A stretch of DNA of 63,809 nt, counting the filler, from Craspedostauros australis (lineage: Eukaryota), in the NCBI GenBank assembly GCA_030167865.1. It is 11 parts of 11 records of this genome, joined end to end, with 100 filler letters (N's around TTAATTAATTAA, not from the genome) between each part and the next. Parts side by side here need not be neighbours in the genome. Positions count along the whole stretch, not along the records: positions 1 to 27,198 come from JALAGF010003866.1; 10 more parts are not named here. One strand, 5' to 3'. Of the stretch, positions 10,614 to 21,525 are shown piece by piece. The translations under genes were made by a program, and so were the position numbers. The notes below the pieces were generated by a model. It did not search any database, was not told the origin of the DNA, and saw nothing but the letters and a program-made list of their open reading frames with translations. Numbering within the stretch: position 1 is the first letter of the stretch; every line of letters begins with the position of its first letter.

Positions 10614-13600
10614 TTAAATATCATTCTTGTTCATGTTGGCCTGGGCGAGCGCATGGATCTCCTCCTGCAAGGCTGTGTTGACTTGCCGCATGGTCTCCAG
10701 CTGCATCTCTTTGGCAGTCACGTACTCCGTCATCTCCGCCAGCAGCCGTTCCAATTCGGCGCTGCGTTCGATGGCCTTGCGAGTATCGGATCCGGTGCTC
10801 TGCATCTGCTGCGCGACGATCTTCGACTGCTCATACGATGTGCGGTAGTTGTGCGCATCCTCCAGCGCCTGTCGTTTCTGACGGCGCAGCACCTCGACCT
10901 CTTCCTTCCGCGATTCGTCGTCCAAGACAATCTTCTCGACATCCTTCATCGTACGTCCGTTGCGACACAGCTTGGTCATCTCCTTGGACAACGAATCGCC
11001 CTTGGCCTTGTAGTTGTTGCGCTCCATCTTCATGGTGTGGAACTTGTCCTTCAACGTTTGCAGCTCGGCATTCGCCAAGTCTGTCTTCTTCTCGGAGGCT
11101 TGCAATCGTTCGTTGAGCTGGTCGACGGTCTGCTGCGCCATGTGGAGCTGACCTCGAACATCGGTCTCCAGCTGCAGCACCCGATCCAGATCCGACTTGA
11201 TCTGCCCCTGACGATGGTGCGACATTTCCAGTTCCTTCTTGAGGTGCTCGTGCTGCCCGACCTTCTCTTCGAGGGTGCGGAATGAGTTTTGGAGCGTCTG
11301 CATCTTCGACAATTTCGTTTCGCGAGCCTCCACGGCTGCCTGCAACACTGCCTTGTCATTCTGCAACGACTTCTGCGCCTTCTTGCTGGCGAGCAACTCT
11401 GCCGCCTGGCGTTCCATGGTCTCCTTAAGCTGGGCCACTTCTGCGTCATGCGCTTCCTGTTTGCGAGCCACCTCTGCTTCCGCACTTTGCTGCTGTTCGC
11501 GGTACTGCCGGTTCTCTTGGTTTAACCTCGAGACTTCGGCCTGGCTTTGCTGCAGTTCGGCCTGGCAAGATTGAAAGCTCTTGTTTGTCTTTTCATTCGC
11601 CGCGTCTGTCACAGTCAGTCGGCGTTGCAATTCGGACACCACCTTGTCCTTTCGAGTGAGCTTGGTTCGGTAGAATTCGAGCTCCTCCTCCAACTTGCGG
11701 ATGCGCTCCTGTGCGGCCTCGTCGATCTTGCGAAGGTTGGCGTGCGTTCCAGCAGCGCCATCTGCGTTCGATGAGGGCTTGTTCAGCTGCAGGGGCAACG
11801 ACGTACGGGGAGAGGTGGCGTGGATGGACTTTGGCGGTGTGCAGGGCGTCGCCGACGCTCCAGGGAAGACGTGGGAGATGATGGGCGACGATGCTCCTGA
11901 GGATGTGGTGAGACAGGATGCTTCGTCGTCCAGGAGGTTCTTCATGGCGGCAACACTCCCGGACGCGGTTAGATTGGAATGCGCCATCTCTGGGAAGAGG
12001 ATGGTGGACGCCGTGAGCTGCGATGGCTTTCCGCCGTAGTTGGCAATGCCCAAGGCAAGGAGGATGGATTCTCGCGTGAGGCGGTTGGGAGCCTCGAGCT
12101 GAAAGGCACCATCGGTGCAGAGAACCTGGAGCATGTCCGTGTTGGCCACGGCAGGTGTGCCATCAGGACGCAGGAGCGGCAGTATGAGATCCAGGTTCTT
12201 GGTCTGCACGGCGTCTGCGACAGCCGCTGCCTGCAGCAAGGGTTTGGATGACAAAGGTTCAGCCTGGTTGGATACGACCTGCGTGATCATGGCGGAGGCA
12301 ACGATGCCGCTGCCGTTGGTGCTGAGACGTTGGCGTCCTCGGCGTGTGGGATGCGCCGCCATCTTGATCTCCAAGCCAAACACTCTGCCGGCGGCATTAC
12401 CGCGTCCCTTCAAGCCACCGAATTTGGCACCTCGTGCCAAGGCCTGCCGAGCCGCATTGAAAAGCGTCATGTCCGCAGCAATCTTGGGCAAATCATCAAT
12501 GACCACTCTCTTGCATACGATGGTTTCATCGTCATCAGTGTCGTCGTCATCAGAAACGCCCCCTTCCCCACTGTTGGAGTCACTAGCACGCTGCTGTTGC
12601 TGCTGCTCCGCAAGGTTGGAAGCAGCAGAACAGTCATCGTCCAGGTCACTTTCTGGATCGTCGTTGCTGGCGTCGACGCGAGGGTTGGACGATTTGTCCG
12701 CAAAGAGGCGATTGGGCGATCGCAGGCGCTTGGCAAGGCTGAGCTTGTGAGTGGCAGGTGGGGCGGCAGCCGACGATGATTCCGAGTTGTCGGAGACTTC
12801 CGGAATGACGACGACGCACTGCAATCGGTAGCCGATGAGCGTGGCGTTGGGTTGGAAGCTGGCGTTGGTGGCACCGTCGAGGGCGATCCATTCTGAGTGC
12901 CCCGTGGCGCTTGGTTGCGTCGCAATCGTGGCGGATGTTGCAGATCCTGCACCACCTGAGCGCACCGACGACGCGTCATCATTGAGGACGGTGAGCGGGA
13001 GTGGCACGGGCGCCGATCCGCAGGAGGATTTGTACCATTGGAATCGGTAGTGCGTCGGACATGGTTGCGTGGGCGATATGCGAGCCACCAGCAACGACGA
13101 GGTTGTGAGCTTGAGGGAATTTCGCGTTGTGTTTGCGTCGATGGCAAAGAATGCTCCCAGGCTGGATTGGATGTACACGGTGGGATCCGGCAGAGGTGGT
13201 TCCGGTTGTTGTTGCTGCTGAGACTGACGCTTGCTGCGTGGAGTTTCAAGGGCGGAGGATGATGCTGTTGGTCCTGACGAGGTGGTGCCACCGACGGGCA
13301 TGTCGAGAGTGACGGTGGAGAGCTGCTGCTGCGCACGTTCCTTTGCAATCAAGGCGGCCTTGTTGGCCTGCATGGCGAGCTTTTCCGATTGGGCACGCAC
13401 CCTGGAACCCCAGGCAGACCAGGAGGCGTACTTGGATTGACCTGCGCCACTCGTATTGCTTTCTGCACTTGCGGAAGCTTGCAGGTGTTTGTTGTCGTTG
13501 TGATTGTTATTGTCATTGCTGGTGTCATTGGTAGTGCCGTTGTCTGCAGGATTGCCATTGTCGTTATCTTCGTCATCAACGACCTTCTGAAGTTTGAGAA

Positions 13601-14567
13601 CGATGGATTGCTCACCGCATTGGCGGATGGTGGCCAGAATGGTGGAGAACTCTTCGTTTGTGAGGTCCTGCTGAGGCTTTCCGTGCATTCCGACGACGCT
13701 CAATCCGGTGCATTCCAGCGTTTCGTTGCCAGACAGCTGGCTGTTGCTGTTACTGATGTCATTGCTGTTATCGCTGTTGCTACTGTCATTGTCTGCATTG
13801 CCTTCGCTTGGCCGGGCGCTGGGTTGATCATCGGGCTGCTCCTTGGTGGACTCAGCAGGTTGCTGATCTTCCCTGATGGGTGACTGCGGAGATGGCACCA
13901 CCGTCTTCATTCGCAGACCATCTGTGACGCAAGACGCAACGATGGCCCCGACGCCCTCCTCTTCGACTCTTGGCATCAGCACCAAGCGAGTGGACAGATC
14001 TGCGTAGCTATCGAACGTCACAAGCATCATTGGTGTTGTCTGAGGCTTCTCTTGCTTTGCTGCGCTCGTCCTTGCGTCTGAAGCGGCACTTGCGGTGGCA
14101 GTTCGGGATGCCATGACTTCGCGTTGGACAATGTCCGCAGGGTCCGCCTCCTCCCTCGGTTCCTCTCGTTCTGTCTCTGTCTCTGACTCGGTCTCAGTCT
14201 CGGGATCGCTCTCTGAAGCCGTGGTGAGATCAATGATCTCCGTTTCTGTCTCTGCCCCTTCCTCTGCCTCCGTCTGCGTGCTTGGGCTTGTCGGAATCCT
14301 GTCTGGACTATCGTCAGCAGCAGAAGCAGTGGCAGCATCGACTGCGGTCTTCCACACCCCGCTGTCGTCAACACCTTTTGGTGCAGCAATAGTGGCAGCT
14401 GCGGTTGCAGTCGTCTGATCGATGATGTCCTCCTCGTCCTCTTCGATGTCGCTCACCACGGTCTCCAGCGATGTGACAGACGGGCACCGTTGCAGTTCGT
14501 AATCCTTCGCCTCGACGGATGTCATGGATGCGATCGCAGTATCACCCGTGACTTGTTGGCTGGCCAT
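10614..14567 (-). CDS. Large coiled-coil protein with PDZ-like region and Ig-like (AIR9/SCAB-type) plus PH-like module
   Basis: Part of the 1482-aa ORF; probable start MASQQV at 14567. YRFQWYKS...WIALDGATNASFQPNATLIGYRLQCVV is Ig/A9-like; FQLEAPNRLTRESILLAL resembles a PH C-terminal strand and helix; the last ~370 aa are heptad-rich coiled coil. Confidence 0.75.
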   Translation of the reverse strand: MASQQVTGDTAIASMTSVEAKDYELQRCPSVTSLETVVSDIEEDEEDIIDQTTATAAATIAAPKGVDDSGVWKTAVDAATASAADDSPDRIPTSPSTQTEAEEGAETETEIIDLTTASESDPETETESETETEREEPREEADPADIVQREVMASRTATASAASDARTSAAKQEKPQTTPMMLVTFDSYADLSTRLVLMPRVEEEGVGAIVASCVTDGLRMKTVVPSPQSPIREDQQPAESTKEQPDDQPSARPSEGNADNDSSNSDNSNDISNSNSQLSGNETLECTGLSVVGMHGKPQQDLTNEEFSTILATIRQCGEQSIVLKLQKVVDDEDNDNGNPADNGTTNDTSNDNNNHNDNKHLQASASAESNTSGAGQSKYASWSAWGSRVRAQSEKLAMQANKAALIAKERAQQQLSTVTLDMPVGGTTSSGPTASSSALETPRSKRQSQQQQQPEPPLPDPTVYIQSSLGAFFAIDANTTRNSLKLTTSSLLVARISPTQPCPTHYRFQWYKSSCGSAPVPLPLTVLNDDASSVRSGGAGSATSATIATQPSATGHSEWIALDGATNASFQPNATLIGYRLQCVVVIPEVSDNSESSSAAAPPATHKLSLAKRLRSPNRLFADKSSNPRVDASNDDPESDLDDDCSAASNLAEQQQQQRASDSNSGEGGVSDDDDTDDDETIVCKRVVIDDLPKIAADMTLFNAARQALARGAKFGGLKGRGNAAGRVFGLEIKMAAHPTRRGRQRLSTNGSGIVASAMITQVVSNQAEPLSSKPLLQAAAVADAVQTKNLDLILPLLRPDGTPAVANTDMLQVLCTDGAFQLEAPNRLTRESILLALGIANYGGKPSQLTASTILFPEMAHSNLTASGSVAAMKNLLDDEASCLTTSSGASSPIISHVFPGASATPCTPPKSIHATSPRTSLPLQLNKPSSNADGAAGTHANLRKIDEAAQERIRKLEEELEFYRTKLTRKDKVVSELQRRLTVTDAANEKTNKSFQSCQAELQQSQAEVSRLNQENRQYREQQQSAEAEVARKQEAHDAEVAQLKETMERQAAELLASKKAQKSLQNDKAVLQAAVEARETKLSKMQTLQNSFRTLEEKVGQHEHLKKELEMSHHRQGQIKSDLDRVLQLETDVRGQLHMAQQTVDQLNERLQASEKKTDLANAELQTLKDKFHTMKMERNNYKAKGDSLSKEMTKLCRNGRTMKDVEKIVLDDESRKEEVEVLRRQKRQALEDAHNYRTSYEQSKIVAQQMQSTGSDTRKAIERSAELERLLAEMTEYVTAKEMQLETMRQVNTALQEEIHALAQANMNKNDI

Positions 14568-16007
14568 GCTGGTGGAAGGATTGGTGACACCGATTGGATG
14601 GCGACTATGGACCTGATTCTTGTCAATGAAATGCAGGTTCGGCGCGAAAGAACTCGAACAAAGATGAGGATGAGGATGAAGAATGCGCAGATACCTGGAA
14701 ATCTCAATGGATTGCATGAGGCACAGTGCGAAGCAATGCGGAACACACCGAAAGAGTTCTGCAACGTTGTCTTTGGTGGCAGAGTAGAGTAGAGTAGAGT
14801 ATTGGTGGAGTGCGGCAGTAATCGCAGCAATACTCAAGCTCGTCCAGCTACCAATACAATTAGTCTTACGACTAATAATCCTCTGGTTGACGGGTTTACT
14901 GGTGATAGTCTTGGTGCCAACGTGAACAGTTCGTGTCGGAGGCAGTCGGTGGGCAACGATCGTGATTGTGTGCGAGTTGCCTCCGACATCACACATGTTG
15001 ACGGTTGCGATTCCGTTGCTTGGTTGGAACGAGTTGAATTTTGATTTCAAAGGCCCCATCAATCAATTGGCGAGCGAACCAAATAATATAACAATACATG
15101 AATAAATTGAATAGACGATCTTCCCACGAATCGCGAGTCATGAACGGTTGACAAATCGTGAGAATGAACCGATGTTTGGCGAATGCTCGGAGAAACAAGA
15201 GGCGAACAATTCGGAAGAAATTGGCCGAGATTCAATCGCATGGGTCTATGCGGTCGGATGAATCAAAGTCGTTCACATCTGCGATTGAGGAACAGGGACA
15301 CGAATTCAGTTTCGCTTGTTCCCATTTGGTCACACAACGATCAAATGAAACGAGAAAAGCCAAACCGCGCAACCCACAATAGATTCACCTGTTGCTGAAT
15401 CTGGTCGTGGCGTCCTTGGTGACGACACCACGAACAAAGAGTCCGAAGGATGCACCGCTACCAAAGAGATGACTTGACTCAGACACCGGCTACCAACACA
15501 TCTTCATGTGGCCTTGTTGTTTATTCCGTTTCGCCTCACGTATGATCAAAAGATAGTCGCAGTACTCTTCAGGCGACACAGAGGCGATGTCACGGTCTTT
15601 CCCATTTGTTCTCTCTGGAGAGTGACCGGCTCCTTTGCGTGTCTTTCTCTTTCGCGGAATTGATGTCAGTGACAGTGCCAATCTTGGCACCGGTGGATGT
15701 GTGGTTGGGGACTGGTGTGGATGGTGATGACATTCAGCACAACGGTACTGGTGCGGGTACGTAGGATAGGGATGGGATGATCACCATCTCGTTGCCTCAT
15801 CTCCTCATAAAATCAAACTCGAACCGACCAACCAAACAACCAAACAACCAAACAACCAAAGCAACCAAAAACACGCGTGATACCAACGTAACACACAAAA
15901 CAACACAACACAACACAACACAACACAACCACTCAAGACTCTCATCGAACAAGCATAGATCGTACAAATACATACAAGCACATACACCACACATACGCAT
16001 CTAAGCA

Positions 16008-16009
16008 CG

Positions 16010-16045
<36 letters not shown>
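16008..16045. repeat. (CAA)n microsatellite just upstream of the DAK2-DegV gene
   Basis: Run of CAA triplets immediately before CACCACCATG (ATG 16055). Confidence 0.85.
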
Positions 16046-16047
<2 letters not shown>

Positions 16048-16054
16048 CACCACC

Positions 16055-18926
16055 ATGTCTTCCAACAACGCCAACGCCAACGCCAAAGCCAACACCGATG
16101 TCTTCGAGAACGAATTCCGCCAGCGCATCAGCATCACCGACAACATCCGACTGATGGATGCCATGGCGGATGCTCGGGCCAGCATCAGCCAACAAGTCAA
16201 CGGCGAAGATACCGCCACTACCACCACCAACAACAACAACAACGCTGACGACGAGGACAGCGAAAGCGACATCCCGTTCGAGTACAGCGAGCGCTCGGAG
16301 CTCAGCAAGGAGGATCGGGAGTTCCTCAATTCGCTCAAGAACGTCTCCACCGCCGGATCCGGCGCATCCTTCGTGGGCACCAAGCGACGCGTCTCTAGAT
16401 CCTCCCTGCGATGGTTCCAGCAGCAGACCGAGGCGCCCGTCAGCGCTCTCGTGGAGTCGGCCAAGCGTCGTTCCTCCACCATCTCGCAACCCGCCATCGC
16501 GGAGGAGAAGTCCGATAACCAGGGGCCACCAAGCCTCAATCGCCGACGCTCCTCCGTCGCCTTGCTGGACAAGGACGGCAACGTCTCAGATGATTACATC
16601 CTCAAACGCCAGAGCATCAACAAGCCAGCCACGCTGCAGTCCATCCCGCTGCTCGCGGATCTGGCGGATGCAGGATCCATCACTCGCGTCGATGGCCTGG
16701 TCCTCACGCAGCTCTTCGTCAGCGGATTCGCCAAGATGGCGTCCAAGATTGAGGAACTCAACAAGATCAACGTTTTCCCGATTCCCGATGGGGTAAGTTC
16801 CCAAAACAATGATCAGCACAATTGCACGATGTGACGCCAATGCAAATGCCTATCTTGGATCTCTGGCGATGGAACTGATGTTGATGGTCATGTTGCTTTG
16901 CCGCGCTGTGTTGTATGCTGGCATCCATCCACGTTCGTCTTCCACTTCCTCTCAGCGCGCTTACACACGCCATTATTGCATTTTCCTTTCCTTTCCTTCC
17001 CTTCCCTTCATTTCCACATTCACGTACACACAGGATACCGGCGCCAACATGAAGGTATGCCTCAAGTTGCCAACCCGCAATCTCGTTTTGCACCCATCCG
17101 ACGACATCTTGGCGGTCGTCTCCAACATGGCCGCCGACGTGCTGCTCAACGGACAGGGAAATTCGGGCACCATCCTCAGTCACTTTTTCGTGTCTCTCGC
17201 GGAACAGGTCAAGGCCGCGACGGCCCAAAAGTCCAACGCGGCACAAGATTCCGACGCAGAGAGCCTCACCATCGATGAGTTCGCAGCATGCCTCGAGAAG
17301 GCAGGTCAGCAGATGGACGAGGCCGTGCCGAACCCAGTCGAGGGCACCTTGCTGAGCGTGTGCCGCGATTGCTGTCAGCTCACCAACAATGCAGGTGGAT
17401 CTTACGCGAGCCTCAAGCAACTCATCGAGACATGGCAGGCGAAGGCCAACGTGGAACTTGCCAAGACACCGGATCAGCTCATCGTGGATGGTGTGAAGGT
17501 GCTCGAGAAGGCGGGCGTCGTGGACTCCGGCGCGCAGGGATTTGTGTACTTCGTCGATGGCATGTGGTTGGCGTGCAAGGACGAGCTGCCGGAGGCCAGC
17601 AACCCACAGCTCTTCCAAACCGCGGCACCCACCAAGGCAGATGAACCGCAGCAGCACGTGGATCACACCGTGTGCGACTCGAAGTACCGCTACTGCACCG
17701 AGGCGGTCGTCCTTCTCAAGGACGGTGCCACCAAGTCCGACGTGCTCTGCTGCGTCACAGGCGACGACGCAGCCGAGTGCGGTGATTCTGTTGCTTGCGT
17801 CTGCGCGCCGGCAAGGGATGGTGGCCAGATGGTCAAGCTTCATATCCATTCCAATGACCCACAGAAGATCTTTGACCGCGTCCGCCAATTCAGCCGTGAA
17901 GAGGAACTTCGGAAGGAAAAGGTGGAGGATATGTACGACATGCGTGACAACGCACATGAGAAGGACGAGGAGAAACTGGATCTGTCCGATGCCAAGTTTT
18001 CCATCGCTGGATTGTGTTCCATCGTCCTGCCTCCAAAGGATCGGTCCAAGGATCTTGTGACGCTTCCCGTGTTCTTGGTGCCGGGCAACACGCAGGAACC
18101 GATCGACGCGCGATACGCCACTGATTCCGAAACCTGCGTCGCGCTGAACGCTCAGCGTCACAAGGAGACAGCCACACGGTACACGACCGCCGCATCTAAC
18201 CCGATGCAAATCAAGATCGAATTGCTGAGCGCATTGAGCAAGGGCAAGCCAGTGCTGATTCTCGCCATGAGTCAGGACAAGCGGGTCAGCGCCCTTGGAC
18301 GCAACATCATGCAGGCCGTTGCGATGCTTTCACCAGAGCAACAGGGCATGGTGAGGGTGCTATTCCATGGTTGGGCCGTGTACGAGGGGCCATTGCTGCG
18401 CGAGGCCATGCGCTGCGCACGAGAAGGTATGTCGATCGACGAAGCCTACCAGAGCGTCGATGAGCTCGCGGCGCGCAACTTCTTCTTCTGCTCCTTCTGC
18501 TCCTCCGTCACGGTCCGCAAGCTCGTGATGTGGCGCCCAGGTCTCTTCCCAGAGGGATTCACCGTCAACGATGGCGAGTTCTTCAGCTTCGGCCTCGCCC
18601 CCAAGATCCGTGAAGGCGAACCATGGAGCAACCTCAAGCGCGCCGGGCACTTGATGAACCTGTTGGGCAACGCTCCCACATTGGAAGACATGGAGAACAT
18701 GGAAGTGGCACGCATCAAGGCAACCTTGAAGCCTGGTCAGGCTTTGGCCGACGTCATGATCACCTGCGTTGGACGGCCGGATTTGGGCCAAAAATTGGAA
18801 GCGAAACTGCGGGCGGCCGGCGTTCCCATTGTTGGGGAAGGCACGTCGTTCAACGCCAACCTCATGGCAGCAGCAACGGGGAGCTGGGGCGAGATGACCC
18901 TGCTGTACAAGGTGGTGGATCTGTAG
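16055..18926 (+). CDS. DAK2 (FakA-like)-DegV (FakB-like) fusion, putative fatty acid kinase; exons 16055-16792 and 17034-18926
   Basis: Removing the phase-0 intron GTAAGT(16793)...CAG(17033) restores INVFPIPDG|DTGANM, the FakA NVFPVPDGDTGxNM motif. Also GQGNSGTILSHFF, AVPNPVEGTLLSV, AGVVDSGAQG, YCTE, GDSV, KLHIHSNDP, KVEDM. The C-terminal ~310 aa are DegV-like (TTAASNP, SQDKRVSA). Confidence 0.9.
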
Positions 18927-19292
18927 ATACTACGATTGGCATGAGCATATAGTAGCACACGACAGCTTACGACATCATACGAGTGCGCACGAAAGTGAAT
19001 AAGAACAGATATGTACCGACTGCACCGTACTCATATCTTGTCGCTCAGGGGCGACATTTGTAGATGCTGAGGTGAAGAAGTTGTGCACAGGCAGTGCATG
19101 CCAACGCCAAAGAGAACCAACGTCTGTGTACATGTTCAAATAGCAGACGAGGTTAGCGACTGCAATTGTGCAATTAGGCACATAAATTCTGGACCTGTGC
19201 TGCATGTCCAATTCCCAGTCTGGCAACAGCTCTATTTTAACGACGATTACCTCGTTCTCCAATTTGGCATTCGAGTGGAGTATGAAGAATAG

Positions 19293-20792
19293 TCATGTCC
19301 ACGATGGATTGCACTCGACGGGATGCATGCCATCGCCTGTGGGTGGCATGCCATTTTCGTATTGCTCAATGCGATGATGCCGCCAATGCCGCACGACAAT
19401 GTCCACCGTGCTCAATGGGTTGCCGAAATGCTGCTGCGACAGCGTCATCATCCACAGTTGCAAAGGGAACTCGCTCGTGTCCCGGATCGGGAAGGTGCTG
19501 TCGAAGGCTTCATTCTGGCCATCCGTAAACAGAACGATGCGTGGAGGAGCAGAGTTGCCTGCAGTCGGATGTGCAATTGAACCATCTGTGGTGGCTCGTG
19601 CTGGACCGTTCGCTTGCATTTGCATTTGAGTTGAGAACGATGGCGACGGCTCTTTGCTGATTGTATGAAGCACGGTGTCGTATGCGTACTCGCATGCTGC
19701 TATCAATGTGGATGCAGTGCACTTGTCGAAATGATGCTTGCGTCTGTTTGCGACTTCGAGGCATCCGCCGTCCATCCAGCGACGATGAACAGAAACGAAT
19801 GGATACTGCAATGGGCTTTCGGCTGTTTCTTCTTGATTGTGCTCTTCCGTGGCGGATGGTGCTTGCTGGATGTCGGCGTACAGCTCTCGGACACGTCGCT
19901 CTGCTTCTTCCCGAATGGATCGTTTCGGAACCAGCTGGTCCAGTATGGGGACACGGGAACCGCGATGGATCGCCGCTGGTGGTAGTCCTATCCCCGCATA
20001 CAGCTCTCTGCCTTCCACTGTCCTGATGCATCTGGATGCTTGCGGTATGGTCGGGTCGTTTGCACGCTTGGGACCTGGCTCCGAGGGTGCAGCTGCGGTG
20101 GTATTCGACACGACAAACGTGTTGCTGAGGATGATGCGAGGATGCGGATCAAAGAATCGAAGGAACCATTGCGTCCATTCGTCGTCCAATCGTACCATGG
20201 TGGACATCTTTTTGGCTAGATCCAGGGCCTTTGCCAGGCTGATCATTCGATTGCAGTTGCTCCCGTAGAATCGTTGGACGCAGACCGGTCCCTTGGTAGG
20301 ATCAACTTGATACAGTGCGGCGAAAGCCTTCGACTGACTGCTCGACACTGCGCGTGCTGCGGTTGGTTCTGTTGATTCTGTCGCTCTGACCAATTCGGCA
20401 GATGCTGAAGATGCGTGGGTTGACATCGTCGATGACTGTGGTGACTGTGGTGATCGCGATGATCGAGGTGAGAGGAGTGTGACTGTTCGCGCAGCAGACA
20501 ACAAGGAAAAGGCAACGATGCAAGCGATGATGCCCATGCGCATGAAGAAGGACCTGGGCTTCACGCACATCCGAGGACTCATGCTTGATGGCACTGGCCA
20601 CGCTGTTGCTGTTGCTCGCGGCGCATGATCCAACGACGGCGATGATGCCTTCGTGGTTGCTGTTGCATGCGCTATGTCATCGCCTGCACTGGTGAGGCCG
20701 CTCCTCCTGCTGCCTTGGAGGGAGTATTGCGCTCTGTCCGATTGTGCGCCACCGACTTGGCTGCTTGTCAATGGAGTGCGTTGCATCATCAT
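19293..20792 (-). CDS. Type II membrane protein, O-fucosyltransferase-like (GT-B)
   Basis: Within the 520-aa ORF (first ATG 20792; true start uncertain). TM anchor MGIIACIVAFSLLS, then YGSNCNRMISL, FVSVHRRW, IVLFTDGQ, FGNPLSTVD, matching the layout of GDP-fucose-binding motifs. Confidence 0.6.
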   Translation of the reverse strand: MMMQRTPLTSSQVGGAQSDRAQYSLQGSRRSGLTSAGDDIAHATATTKASSPSLDHAPRATATAWPVPSSMSPRMCVKPRSFFMRMGIIACIVAFSLLSAARTVTLLSPRSSRSPQSPQSSTMSTHASSASAELVRATESTEPTAARAVSSSQSKAFAALYQVDPTKGPVCVQRFYGSNCNRMISLAKALDLAKKMSTMVRLDDEWTQWFLRFFDPHPRIILSNTFVVSNTTAAAPSEPGPKRANDPTIPQASRCIRTVEGRELYAGIGLPPAAIHRGSRVPILDQLVPKRSIREEAERRVRELYADIQQAPSATEEHNQEETAESPLQYPFVSVHRRWMDGGCLEVANRRKHHFDKCTASTLIAACEYAYDTVLHTISKEPSPSFSTQMQMQANGPARATTDGSIAHPTAGNSAPPRIVLFTDGQNEAFDSTFPIRDTSEFPLQLWMMTLSQQHFGNPLSTVDIVVRHWRHHRIEQYENGMPPTGDGMHPVECNPSWT

Positions 20793-21525
20793 GCATCCGC
20801 ATGGTTGATGAGAGCACGGGAGGGAGATGAAGCCATCAACAGCAGTCGGCAACAATCAGCCACCCTCGTTGTTTGGATGGAGAGGGGAGGACATCAAAGG
20901 AGAGTGACCCTCGCTCTGCCCCAGATCGAGAATTCCTCCGTTATTCTCTTCCCGAAACGTTAACATACCGTTATATTGACGTTAAAATGAGATCATTTTG
21001 ATTTTCGAGCGTGAATCAAGGTATCTGTGGAAGTGGTTGAAGTGGTGGCTGTCACCGTTCGCAGAACGACAAGAAACGACGATGCCGCAAGCCACAACAG
21101 CGGTGCCTCCTTCCGATCTCCGAAACGACACCGCCAAGCCATACAAGGATGGCTCTGTAGTCGTATGGCAGGGGATCCACCTGGAGAAGAAGTTGTGTTG
21201 TGTGCTGTGAGAGGCCACAAGAAGATCGATCAGATTGCCTGTTTGGACGTGCGAAGAGAGAGAGAGAGAGAGAGAGCCACACACCAACCAGGACGGAGGG
21301 CATCGCTCCACTCGTACACTCAGGCTGCTTGTTGATAACTTCTACTGTGTTTCTATGATAGAATATTTCTCTATTTCAAAAGAAGATCACTAATTCGTTG
21401 TTGGTAAATCTTGGTGCACCCTCTTCATGTGATGGCGTGCCTTTGGGGGATCATGTGGACGCCAAGAAGCGCGGGACTGGACATTTCACATGTCTCTCTC
21501 TCTCTGTCTCTCTCCACCTCTCCCT

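Noticed and set aside
14568..15062. N-terminal 165 aa of the 1482-aa ORF
   Set aside because: Starts at TTG, crosses a pentamer microsatellite and looks like UTR/promoter; ATG 14567 is the more plausible start.
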